A DNA stretch of 63,992 bases from Thermoproteales archaeon (lineage in GTDB: Archaea; Thermoproteota; Thermoprotei; Thermofilales; B69-G16): contig JAGGZW010000058.1 in NCBI GenBank assembly GCA_021161825.1, positions 1 through 63,992 on the forward strand, given 5' to 3'. The notes under the pieces were generated by a model. It was not told the origin of the DNA, did no database searches, and saw only the letters and a program-made list of their open reading frames with translations. Below are positions 1 through 8,398 of this stretch, in pieces. Within the stretch, counting starts at the first letter, position 1. Every line of letters starts with the position of its first letter. Both the position numbers and the translations under genes were made by a program.

Positions 1-143
1 ACCTTCTCGCCATATCTTTTATAAACTATCTTTTCAAAAATATCTACGGTTCTTATTTCATGCGAAGCCAATATCCCACCTAAAAATAAGTGAAAATAAG
101 TATATAAGAGCTGCAAGTCATCTATCGCAATCTTTTTGGACAT
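1..143 (-). CDS. partial hypothetical protein (N-terminal part only; gene runs off the window start)
   Basis: Reverse-strand ATG at 143-141 followed by 47 stop-free codons to the window edge (MSKKIAIDDLQLLYTYFHLFLGGILASHEIRTVDIFEKIVYKRYGEK). Divergent from the ORF at 264. No family motif recognised. Confidence 0.3.
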   Translation of the reverse strand, partial: MSKKIAIDDLQLLYTYFHLFLGGILASHEIRTVDIFEKIVYKRYGEK

Positions 144-263
144 TTTCCTAGGATTTAAGTGCTGAAGAGAGATTTGAGAAGAGTGACTTTGCAATGTAGC
201 GAGATAGAAGAACTTAACGATATTTTTTATATATTTTCTCTCCGTATAGCTCTTGGAGATTAA

Positions 264-3200
264 ATGGCTAGAATAGACGTGGGTAGATTTTTCGTATTTG
301 TTAAATCTAAATTTTTGAGTGTTAAGATTAAGCTCGCAACGAAGGATTACGTCAAGGAAGTCAAGGTTAGAAAAGGAGTTTTTCCTCGAATTCTATATGA
401 TATTTGGATAGATGAGAATAAATACGATAAAGTAGCCTTGCCTAAATTAAGGCTTCTTCAAGTTACGACGGATAGGAAGATATATCAACCAGGCGAAAAG
501 GCTAGAGTTTTAATTGTTAATTTGGGGCGTCCAGGCAGTCAAGTAGATTTAAATATTTACTTAAATAATAATCTATTTTATCGAGAAAGCGTAAATGTCG
601 ATGATTATGGTTTTGCTATTTTTGAATTCGACAATCTTGAAATAGGAGAATATTCTGTTGAGGTAAAATCAGATGGCTACGTTGCTCGCAGCAAGTTTAC
701 AGTAGCACCGTTCAAGTTATCTGTTTTACAGGCCTCTTTAAGAAAATATGCGATAATAGATTCTTATCTATCGGTTACTGTCGAGCTTTCTAAGTTAAAT
801 ATCCCATTCTCTGGAATTTGTAATGTCGGCTTATACTGTGGCTTCTGCAATGCTACTATAGTAAAGAAGAACGTAGAGTTTAAAGAAGGAGTTGCTAAAG
901 TAGATTTCGATATTAGCGGACATACAGGTCCTTTCCAGCTTCATTTCACGTTAGAAGACGGTACAACTGCTTCATTGAGTATACCACATACTCGAATGGG
1001 AGAAAGAGAAAAGGTAGTACTCAGCACTATCGGAAAGATTTTTTCAGCTTCGCTTGTTCCTGTAGAAAAATCCATAGAGGCTAGGGGTTTGTACATTATC
1101 GAGGCTGGATCCCGTGCGAGTCCTCTCTTGCTTAATGAAGTAGTCTCGGAAAAGATCGAGTTGAAGGTTATTGATAATTTTTCCATTCTAACTCTTGTTC
1201 TTTATAATCCACTTAGTGGAGAAATAATTGTTCATGAATTTAATGACTTACAGGAGGGACAAACATTAAGTTTTGACTCTTTTAAGCCTTTAACGTTTGT
1301 TTTCATTGGTGGATTAAGTGACGATATTTATGAAACCTCATTTGCTTTGATATATCCCGAAAAATTAAAAGTTGAAGTAGATTCTCCCCCGCACGTTATT
1401 CCAGGCGAAGAATTTGAAGTATACATAAAATCCAATATGAAAGCTCGAGGCGTTTTGGTGGTTTACGATTCAAGACTTGAGCATGAAAGTCTAGCTGGCA
1501 AAATAGCCAGAAATTTGTATAGAAATATTAAAGAGTTCAGAGAATTAAAGGCTAAGAAGATATTATCTGTTAAAACTGCACGTGAATTGAGGCTACCTTT
1601 TTTAGCTAGAGCTCCCGTTGCAGCACCTAGTGTGGTCATGTTTGAAGAAGCTGTAGAACCTGAAAAGGGTTTTGCAGAGTCGGGCGGTTTAGCTCTTATT
1701 CAATTTCGTAAGACTATACTACCTTTAGCGTTTTTTGACGTTTTTGAAATCGATGGTGAGGTAGTTAAGAAGATAAAAGTTGGATTGCATCCTACGACGT
1801 GGAAAGTGAAGTTTTATGCTTTCGCTGATGTTGATTGTATAGAAAAAGAATTATCTATTGAAGCCAGCAAACCCGTTATGTTAGAAATTGATGCTCCGGT
1901 CTACCTCGAAGAGGATGAAGAAGTTTTGATTGGAGTAAACTATGCCGTGGAGGGTATGGCTAGGCTATACGCTGAAACTCCATGGGGTCGAGTCGAAAAA
2001 ACTGTGAAAGGTTCTGGGGTAGAATTTTTAAATGTTAAAGGTCCATGTAGGATTAAAGCTTACGCTATAAGAAATGGTTTTGCTGACGCCGTGGAGCTTG
2101 AGATTAAAAAACCTGGAATTGAGAAAGTTAGATTTTCCAAACTTATGCTATTAGATAAATATGAAGAAGAATATGGAGAAAAGTTAGTCATTTACCCCTC
2201 ACCAGCTTATCTGGCTAAAGATTTAGCTTATGCCTTAATCCAGTATCCTTTTGGCTGTGCAGAGCAGACATCCAGCAAGCTTGGAGGATTAGGAGTGGTT
2301 TATAAAGCAGTTAAAAATGGTATTTTAAAGGAAAATCTGGAGGATTTAGAAAAATTAATTAAAACTGGAATTGCTCGAATGAAGCTTTTCTATAAGGATG
2401 GCTTGTTCTCGTTGTGGGAAAATAGAAAACCCGAAGTATCTGTAACGATTAAAGTATTGAAAAATTTAAAACATCTCTATAAAATAGGCTTTAAAGAATT
2501 AGATGAAATGGCTGATAAAGCCATTTCCAGACTACTTGAGCACAACATTAAAGATAACGATCTACTTGCATATGATTCGAGATTTAAAACAGAGATAACT
2601 TCTGTTGAAGACGCCGTGAACGTATACTTATATTCTAAAGACAAGGATAGAGAAAAAGCCCTCAAGTTTATTTTAGAGGATGTTGAAGAAAAAAATGGTA
2701 CAGCCTATTGGCGTGCTGGCAAATCTTGGGCAGGTATTTTAGAGGCAACATGTGAAGCTTTAAAAGCTGTTTATCAAGCGGGTTATAAAGATTTATTCAA
2801 GAAAGGATTTACCTTTATTTCCAGTAAATTGATCAACGGTATGCTTTACACCACCTCGGATACTAGAGCGTTTATAGAATTAGTTTCATTCTTACAATCC
2901 AATGATAAAACACGTGTAGAATTGAACGGCAAAGTTGTGGAGGTAGATTCCATAACTGTTGTAAAAGGTAGGGTTAAGGCATTGTCCGATTTTGTGCTAG
3001 CCCGAGTCGACTATGAAGACATAGTTGATTTATTTAGAATCACGGGTAAGCTTAAGTATAGCATTGAAATTTCCTCCACAGATTTAAAAATCGGTGACAA
3101 AGCTGTTTTAAAAATAATAGTAGATAAGGATTATTTCGTTCCTATAGCAAGAATTTGGCTTCCAGGAAATTTGACTGCACTCGAAGGAGGAGCTAATATT

Positions 3201-3353
3201 CAAGTAATACACCAGCCGATAAAAGATAAAATTCTAAAAGTCGAGGTCGTAGCTGTTAGGAAGGGAACTGCAAAATTAAGAAGCTTAGTATACGATATGT
3301 ACGATTCAAGCAAGATCGGGATTTCTTCCCCTATAAGAGTTACAGTGAGCTAG
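264..3353 (+). CDS. alpha-2-macroglobulin family thioester-containing protein (compact, bacterial type)
   Basis: 1029-aa ORF. MG-domain-like TDRKIYQPGEKARV; Pro/Ala-rich bait-like stretch RLPFLARAPVAAPSVVMFEEAVEPEKGF; thioester motif YPFGCAEQTSS (Cys665, nt 2253-2267); downstream KDGLFSLWEN; beta-rich C-terminal MG8/receptor-like domain. Confidence 0.8.
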   Translation: MARIDVGRFFVFVKSKFLSVKIKLATKDYVKEVKVRKGVFPRILYDIWIDENKYDKVALPKLRLLQVTTDRKIYQPGEKARVLIVNLGRPGSQVDLNIYLNNNLFYRESVNVDDYGFAIFEFDNLEIGEYSVEVKSDGYVARSKFTVAPFKLSVLQASLRKYAIIDSYLSVTVELSKLNIPFSGICNVGLYCGFCNATIVKKNVEFKEGVAKVDFDISGHTGPFQLHFTLEDGTTASLSIPHTRMGEREKVVLSTIGKIFSASLVPVEKSIEARGLYIIEAGSRASPLLLNEVVSEKIELKVIDNFSILTLVLYNPLSGEIIVHEFNDLQEGQTLSFDSFKPLTFVFIGGLSDDIYETSFALIYPEKLKVEVDSPPHVIPGEEFEVYIKSNMKARGVLVVYDSRLEHESLAGKIARNLYRNIKEFRELKAKKILSVKTARELRLPFLARAPVAAPSVVMFEEAVEPEKGFAESGGLALIQFRKTILPLAFFDVFEIDGEVVKKIKVGLHPTTWKVKFYAFADVDCIEKELSIEASKPVMLEIDAPVYLEEDEEVLIGVNYAVEGMARLYAETPWGRVEKTVKGSGVEFLNVKGPCRIKAYAIRNGFADAVELEIKKPGIEKVRFSKLMLLDKYEEEYGEKLVIYPSPAYLAKDLAYALIQYPFGCAEQTSSKLGGLGVVYKAVKNGILKENLEDLEKLIKTGIARMKLFYKDGLFSLWENRKPEVSVTIKVLKNLKHLYKIGFKELDEMADKAISRLLEHNIKDNDLLAYDSRFKTEITSVEDAVNVYLYSKDKDREKALKFILEDVEEKNGTAYWRAGKSWAGILEATCEALKAVYQAGYKDLFKKGFTFISSKLINGMLYTTSDTRAFIELVSFLQSNDKTRVELNGKVVEVDSITVVKGRVKALSDFVLARVDYEDIVDLFRITGKLKYSIEISSTDLKIGDKAVLKIIVDKDYFVPIARIWLPGNLTALEGGANIQVIHQPIKDKILKVEVVAVRKGTAKLRSLVYDMYDSSKIGISSPIRVTVS

Positions 3354-3397
3354 CGAGCGGTAATTATATAAAAGTTAGAGCCATTTAAGTTTACATA

Positions 3398-3700
3398 ATG
3401 GGACGTAAAAAGCTAGAGGCTATCCTCGAAAAAGAACTGGCGGAGAGGAATATTTTAAGTGATATAGACGAAAATACCTACCTTGTCTTATGGGATTTTA
3501 AAGGCACAAAATCTGTTACTCCTAGCTTTTATAAAAGAGTAGATGCACTGGCGCGCCTCACAGGAAAAATTAAAATGTTACAGCAAAGCGTTTATTTAGT
3601 TAGAGGATTTAAACTATCCATCTACCTAGCGGAAATTGCAAAAAGCTTTGGCGCCGAAGTTAGAGTTCTTCAAGTTTTATCAACAGTCGTTATTCTTTAG
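3398..3700 (+). CDS. small hypothetical protein with ferredoxin-like (Cas2-like) beta-alpha-beta-beta-alpha-beta pattern
   Basis: 100-aa ORF 44 nt downstream of the A2M gene. Pattern YLVLWDF ... SFYKRVDALARL ... KMLQQSVYLV ... IYLAEIAKSFG ... EVRVLQV resembles the Cas2/VapD fold layout. No family-defining motif is certain. Confidence 0.45.
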   Translation: MGRKKLEAILEKELAERNILSDIDENTYLVLWDFKGTKSVTPSFYKRVDALARLTGKIKMLQQSVYLVRGFKLSIYLAEIAKSFGAEVRVLQVLSTVVIL

Positions 3701-3736
3701 TAAATAAAATTTATAAAAACGTTGTAAAAAATTATC

Positions 3737-4579
3737 TTGGTGTTAATCTTGAAAGTTATTTTTCTAGGAACCGCCTCAGCTGAAGGTTATCCAGCAACTT
3801 TTTGCCGATGCGAAAGATGTACCCTTGCCAGAAAACTTGGCGGGAAAAATTTCCGGGCACGAGCTTCCGTTTGTATCGATAAAGACTTATTAATTGACAT
3901 TCCACCTGATGTTTACGTCCGAAGTATAGAATTTGGTATTGAAATGAATAGAATAAGGTATATACTCATTACGCACTCGCACGAAGATCACTTTTATTTT
4001 TATGAACTTAGGCTCAGAAAATGGCCTTTTATAGACTCGCCATTAGATATTGTTAAAATTTTTTGTAACGACACAGTGGCTAAAACTCTAAAAAGATATT
4101 TTAGAGGCGAACTTCGTAATTTAAAAATAAGAATTAAAGCCTTGACGCCGTATGAAACTACAAAAGTAGGCGCTTATAACGTCACGCCTATACCGGCTGT
4201 ACACTCTACTCGTAACAAATATGAAGTGTCATTCAATTACATTATCGAAAAAAACGGGAAAAAAATATTATATGCCTGCGATACAGGACCCTATCCTAAA
4301 AAAACGCTTGATTATCTTTCAGAATTAAAACTTGACGCTGTTATAATAGAGGCAACTATGGGTGTTGCAGGGTCGAATATTTGGCCTTACCATATGGGCT
4401 TTAACGAAGTTATCACATTTAAAAAATGGCTTTGCAAACATAACGTTTTGTCGCCCAATTCCCCCTTTGTTATCACGCATTTCTCACATTTAACCTGTCC
4501 ACTGCATGAAGAAATGGAAAGAATAGTTTCTCCTCACGGTATAACAGTTGCTTATGATGGATTTGTTTTTGAAATATAG
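3737..4579 (+). CDS. MBL-fold metallo-hydrolase (PhnP/PqqB-like)
   Basis: N-terminal FLGTASAEGYPATFCRCERC ... RARASVCI pattern and metal motif ILITHSHEDHF. Further His/Asp ligands (ACDTG, THFSH). Confidence 0.8.
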   Translation: MVLILKVIFLGTASAEGYPATFCRCERCTLARKLGGKNFRARASVCIDKDLLIDIPPDVYVRSIEFGIEMNRIRYILITHSHEDHFYFYELRLRKWPFIDSPLDIVKIFCNDTVAKTLKRYFRGELRNLKIRIKALTPYETTKVGAYNVTPIPAVHSTRNKYEVSFNYIIEKNGKKILYACDTGPYPKKTLDYLSELKLDAVIIEATMGVAGSNIWPYHMGFNEVITFKKWLCKHNVLSPNSPFVITHFSHLTCPLHEEMERIVSPHGITVAYDGFVFEI

Positions 4580-4899
4580 GTTGAGTTTTTAATCATTTGG
4601 AGCAGTTCTTCTCTAATTCTATCCTCCTCACGCTCCGTTTCAAGAAGTTGAATACGCGCATATTCTCTTTTTAGCTTCGCGTCATTCTTCAAGTCTATCC
4701 TTTTCAACTCTACTGCCCTTTTTACTGGATGAGTTTTAACAGTTACATATGCTCTTACCATATTTGCTAATGCTGCCTCGCTGAAAACGAATACTCTACC
4801 ATCCTCCAGAGCTATTAGAAGTCTCAGGTGTTTATGCCTTTTAGGAATACCGACAATAATCCTTGATATATCCGAGTTTTTAATGTATTCTACAACCAT
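4552..4899 (-). CDS. hypothetical protein
   Basis: 115-aa ORF convergent with the MBL gene and overlapping its end by 28 nt. Charged helical C-terminus. No motif recognised. Confidence 0.45.
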   Translation of the reverse strand: MVVEYIKNSDISRIIVGIPKRHKHLRLLIALEDGRVFVFSEAALANMVRAYVTVKTHPVKRAVELKRIDLKNDAKLKREYARIQLLETEREEDRIREELLQMIKNSTYISKTNPS

Positions 4900-5036
4900 A
4901 TCTTCGTGTATTAAATTATAACCTTAATATATTTTCTATAGCCTGCGATTAATAAGAGCATTTAAACAGCATGAAAAATATCAGAGCAAATATCATATAA
5001 TTTATACTTCCGTGCCGGAATATTCGACAAGCTTAA

Positions 5037-5807
5037 ATGCTAGTCGTGGGTTTGAAAAAGGATAATATGACTTATAATATTAGCGACGACATTAGCAAAA
5101 TTGAAGACTTATTGCAAAATCTGAAATCATCAGAGGCAGAAAAGTTGTGTAACTCACTATTGGAAAAAGACAATAATAATTCAAAATTATGGAATCTCCT
5201 AGGTTTAGTCCTTGTTATGCAAGGAAAAGATAACGAAGCTTTGAACGCTTTCAAAAAAAGTATAGAACTAGATCCCGAAAATGGCGAAGCATGGTATAAC
5301 TATGGAGTAACTTTATTTGAGATCGGACAAATAGAAGAAGCTGAAAAGGCATTCAAAAAAGCAATTTCTGTTAACGACAAAAATGCCTCAGCATGGTATA
5401 ATCTTGGATTGTTAGCTTTTATTAGAAAAAAATTCGAAGATGCGATAAAAGCATTTAAAAAAGCAAAAGAGCTAGATTCACAAGATTCAGACACCATATT
5501 CTATCTTGCAAAAACGTATAAAGAGCTTGGCGACCTTGTAAAGGCTGAGAAGTTTCTTAGAGAAGCTATCAAAAAAACGCCCGAAGATATTGAATATTGG
5601 ATAGAGCTAGGAGAAGTTTTAGAAAAAGCCAATAAACTTAAAGCTGCCGAAAATGCGTATAGAAGAGCCGCCAAGTTAGATCCTGACAATCCAGATTTAT
5701 GGTATAAGCTTGCAGCTCTATTTGAAAAAACTGGACGGAAAAAACAGGCTGCTAGAGCGTTGAGAAAAGCCAAGATTCTTGCCTCTAAGAAACTTGACTA
5801 TGGATGA
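5037..5807 (+). CDS. tetratricopeptide (TPR) repeat protein
   Basis: At least five 34-aa TPR units with the W-LG-Y-G-A-F-A-P pattern (e.g. AWYNYGVTLFEIGQIEEAEKAFKKAISVNDKN, AWYNLGLLAFIRKKFEDAIKAFKKAKELDSQD). Confidence 0.85.
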   Translation: MLVVGLKKDNMTYNISDDISKIEDLLQNLKSSEAEKLCNSLLEKDNNNSKLWNLLGLVLVMQGKDNEALNAFKKSIELDPENGEAWYNYGVTLFEIGQIEEAEKAFKKAISVNDKNASAWYNLGLLAFIRKKFEDAIKAFKKAKELDSQDSDTIFYLAKTYKELGDLVKAEKFLREAIKKTPEDIEYWIELGEVLEKANKLKAAENAYRRAAKLDPDNPDLWYKLAALFEKTGRKKQAARALRKAKILASKKLDYG

Positions 5808-6217
5808 ACATGACCAAGCTCAATAGAAACGTTCTGAGAAAAGTAGCTAGAGATGCCTTACCTGAGTTATTTGAAGGGCTAGGTTTCTCGGAAAAGATAA
5901 ACAATGAATTACTTAATCAAATAATAGAAGAGGCTACTAAACAAAATGAAATAATTAAGAAGCTTATCGGTGATTTGATAGCTTATAAACTGTCGAAAGC
6001 CTTGTTTCTTTCCAGCAATCTGAGAATACACGAGCCGCATAGAGGAATTATTCAAATCCTGAAAAGAATGTGTCAGACTGCTAACGTCGATATTCTAGAG
6101 CTAGAAAAACATGACGAACTAATAGGGAATATTCCTGAAAAGGTAAAGCATAATCTTTTAGCAGAAATTAGGAATATAGAGGAACGCCTTAAGAAATTAT
6201 CTATTCTCTGCTACTAA
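5804..6217 (+). CDS. hypothetical protein, translationally coupled to the TPR gene
   Basis: 137-aa ORF whose ATG overlaps the TPR stop (ATGA). Helical, no motif recognised. Confidence 0.5.
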   Translation: MNMTKLNRNVLRKVARDALPELFEGLGFSEKINNELLNQIIEEATKQNEIIKKLIGDLIAYKLSKALFLSSNLRIHEPHRGIIQILKRMCQTANVDILELEKHDELIGNIPEKVKHNLLAEIRNIEERLKKLSILCY

Positions 6218-6261
6218 AAATATAATTAGTTGTTCAAGATTAAACTTAATGGCAATGAAGA

Positions 6262-6490
6262 AAAAGCGCCTACTGATTATATGAGGAAAGGGAGTACTAC
6301 TGAGCTATCTAGATGAAGTTCACTATCTACTTCTGAAATATGTGAATCACATCTTATGTACTGAAGGCTGCAATCGAAATAGCCAAGGCTCTGGAGAAGG
6401 AGGCTCGGATAAGGCTTACCGACCATTTTGTGCAGTAGCTGCAGTAGTAGTATAGCTGGTATCCTTATGTTATCCTCCAAGAGGCGCCAA
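6262..6490 (+). ncRNA. candidate structured RNA, unclassified
   Basis: Lies in the largest non-coding gap (6218-6757). Ends pair (GCGCCU 6266-6271 with AGGCGC 6482-6487). Further rod-like pairing: GAGGA/UCCUC, AAGG-A/UCCUU, UACUACUG/CAGUAGUA, AGCUA/UAGCU. Followed by the T-rich tract CATTTTATTTCTT and a hairpin at 6503-6532. GC content is only slightly above background. Confidence 0.25.
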
Positions 6491-6757
6491 GACATTTTAT
6501 TTCTTGATCGTGAATCTAACTACGAAATCAAGTTAAAGATACTAGAAGTTAAATTCTAGACCCATTTTTAAATCCTTGCATATTTTCTCATGACAAGAAA
6601 AAATAAAATCTTGACAGGCTTAATGGTCGCTGCAAAAGTGTTAATTTCTATAGAAGCTATAACTTGTTAGACATAAATGTCATAAACTTCAGGACCTATA
6701 GTTATGGTTTAGATTATTGTTAAATCTTTTATATGCTGTAGTTTTAGATTATCCTGT

Positions 6758-7492
6758 ATGGGTTTGAACCCTACTTTCGTGTCTATCCTTAGAAATATTA
6801 AAGGTTTAATTTACTTTGCTCCTGGAAGCTGGAACAGTGATTTAATTAAATGGCTTAAAAGAAAATACAGGTATAGAATCGTTGGTTTCGCTCCTAGACT
6901 GATCGAGAGTTTTCATGAACATTCTAGCATTTTAAATAAAAAACCTTTTAGAATGCTAGAGTATCCATCTTCAGCAATCAACCATTTATCTAAGATTCTT
7001 ATGGATAATATTAGCGATGCTACTGCGGTAGAGAGCATATTGCTGGCATCTTGCTACGTTACTCCTATAGTGACAGACCGCGCTGGACTTAATTATTTAA
7101 GGAAATATTCCATCGCTCAAATATATTCAGAGAATGCGCTGCCAGAAAGAGAAGTTATCAGACATTTAAGGATAGTTGATTACACGATTTTAGATTCACA
7201 CGAGAATCTGTGCTGGAAAGCTTATGAATCGATTAAAAACGCTTGTAAAAATGATGTAAAAAAGGTTATTGACCAGCTAATTGAAGAGAGAAAAAAGTTC
7301 GCCGAGAAGGATAGTAAGAGGTACTGGAGATTTAAAAGGGAAAAAGGTGAACTCATTATCTTATACTTAGACATTCTCACCATAATTAAAGAACTCTCAA
7401 ATACTTTAATAATATGCAAATCTATAGACGATGTTAGCTTATCTCTGATGTTTGGCGTAGTGCCCACTATCAAAGTCGAGGTGCTGGCATGA
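6758..7492 (+). CDS. hypothetical protein translationally coupled to xerA
   Basis: 244-aa ORF whose stop overlaps the xerA start (GCATGAAA, ATGA overlap). No motif recognised. Confidence 0.55.
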   Translation: MGLNPTFVSILRNIKGLIYFAPGSWNSDLIKWLKRKYRYRIVGFAPRLIESFHEHSSILNKKPFRMLEYPSSAINHLSKILMDNISDATAVESILLASCYVTPIVTDRAGLNYLRKYSIAQIYSENALPEREVIRHLRIVDYTILDSHENLCWKAYESIKNACKNDVKKVIDQLIEERKKFAEKDSKRYWRFKREKGELIILYLDILTIIKELSNTLIICKSIDDVSLSLMFGVVPTIKVEVLA

Positions 7493-8355
7493 AAGTTAAT
7501 GAGAAAAATCTAAAGTTGCTAGAAAGGTATATCGATCATTTGATAGCAAGAAACAAATCTCCTAAAACTATTAAAACTTTTAAAAGCATTATAGGAAAGT
7601 TCATTCGCTTCCTGGGAGAGAAAAACGTGTACGAGGCAACTTCATGGGATGTGGATAGTTTTCTTGCAAATGTTAGGAAGAATGGATACCAAGAAAAAAG
7701 CTTGTATACGGTAGCCGTCGCAGTGAAGAGGTTTCTTGAATATGTGGGGGCAAAGAAAGCTTTAGAAGGTTTTGAATATCCTAGGCGTCCTAAAGAACTT
7801 CCAAAATATTTGACTAGAGAAGAAGTAGAGAAGCTGATAAAAGCTGCCGAATACGAAAAGGATAAGAGAATAGCATTGCGGAATAAGCTTATCGTACTTT
7901 TGCTTTATACGACCGGCATGAGGGTAGGGGAATTAGTTAGGATTAAATGTGATGATATCGACTTTGGCAGAATGAGTATTCGGATATTTGGGAAGGGGAG
8001 TAAAGAAAGAGAGGTATTCTTTAATAAGGAAACTAAGGAAGTCCTTCAAAAGTATATCGAGTCGATGCAATTGAAAGGCGATAATTATCTCTTTCCTGGG
8101 GACAACAGTCTTCACATACATTATGTTACTGTTGAGCGCATAATTAGAAGATTGGCGCGAAAAGCTGGCTTTAAGAAGAGAGTAACTCCGCATATTCTAC
8201 GACATAGCTTTGCAACTTTTGCTCTTTCAAGGGGTATGGATGTGAGAGAAATTCAGGAGCTTCTTGGTCATGCGAGCTTGAAGACAACCCAAGTTTATAC
8301 CCATGTATCTAGGAAAAGGTTGCTGAAGGATTACATGAGGATATGGGAGGATTAG
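7489..8355 (+). CDS. xerA: tyrosine site-specific recombinase XerA (XerC/D family)
   Basis: Catalytic C-terminal signature TPHILRHSFATFALSRGMDVREIQELLGHASLKTTQVYTHV (HxxR, H, nucleophile Y) with upstream GMRVGEL arginine box. N-terminal SAM-like core-binding domain. 288 aa. Confidence 0.9.
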   Translation: MKVNEKNLKLLERYIDHLIARNKSPKTIKTFKSIIGKFIRFLGEKNVYEATSWDVDSFLANVRKNGYQEKSLYTVAVAVKRFLEYVGAKKALEGFEYPRRPKELPKYLTREEVEKLIKAAEYEKDKRIALRNKLIVLLLYTTGMRVGELVRIKCDDIDFGRMSIRIFGKGSKEREVFFNKETKEVLQKYIESMQLKGDNYLFPGDNSLHIHYVTVERIIRRLARKAGFKKRVTPHILRHSFATFALSRGMDVREIQELLGHASLKTTQVYTHVSRKRLLKDYMRIWED

Positions 8356-8398
8356 AAAACTTAAAATCATTCATTTCAGTAAACATTCTGGTGATTAG

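Noticed and set aside
6262-6490. Possible RNase P RNA (GAGGAAAG at 6283-6290 resembles CR-I; GGCUUAC at 6413-6419 resembles CR-V; the ends pair like P1).
   Set aside because: There is no room for P2/P3 between the P1-like stem and the CR-I-like motif. The two motifs cannot form a P4 helix (AAAGGGAG versus GGCUUAC). The ACAGAA element of CR-V is absent. I kept it only as an unclassified RNA candidate.
6277-6495. 72-aa minus-strand ORF in the large intergenic gap.
   Set aside because: No SD or promoter context, and a Leu/Ser-rich composition with no motif. It coincides exactly with the candidate structured-RNA segment, so it is most likely a chance ORF.
6573-6586. A 14-nt exact repeat TCCTTGCATATTTT, also present at 36804-36817, both in intergenic DNA.
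   Set aside because: In an AT-rich 64-kb window, on the order of ten or more 14-mer coincidences are expected by chance. There is no further flanking similarity.
7489-8355. The tyrosine recombinase as a marker of an integrated element or genomic island.
   Set aside because: Its size and motifs fit chromosomal XerA. The flanks are housekeeping genes (apgM, TPR protein). No direct repeats, att-like tRNA fragment, or viral/plasmid genes are nearby.
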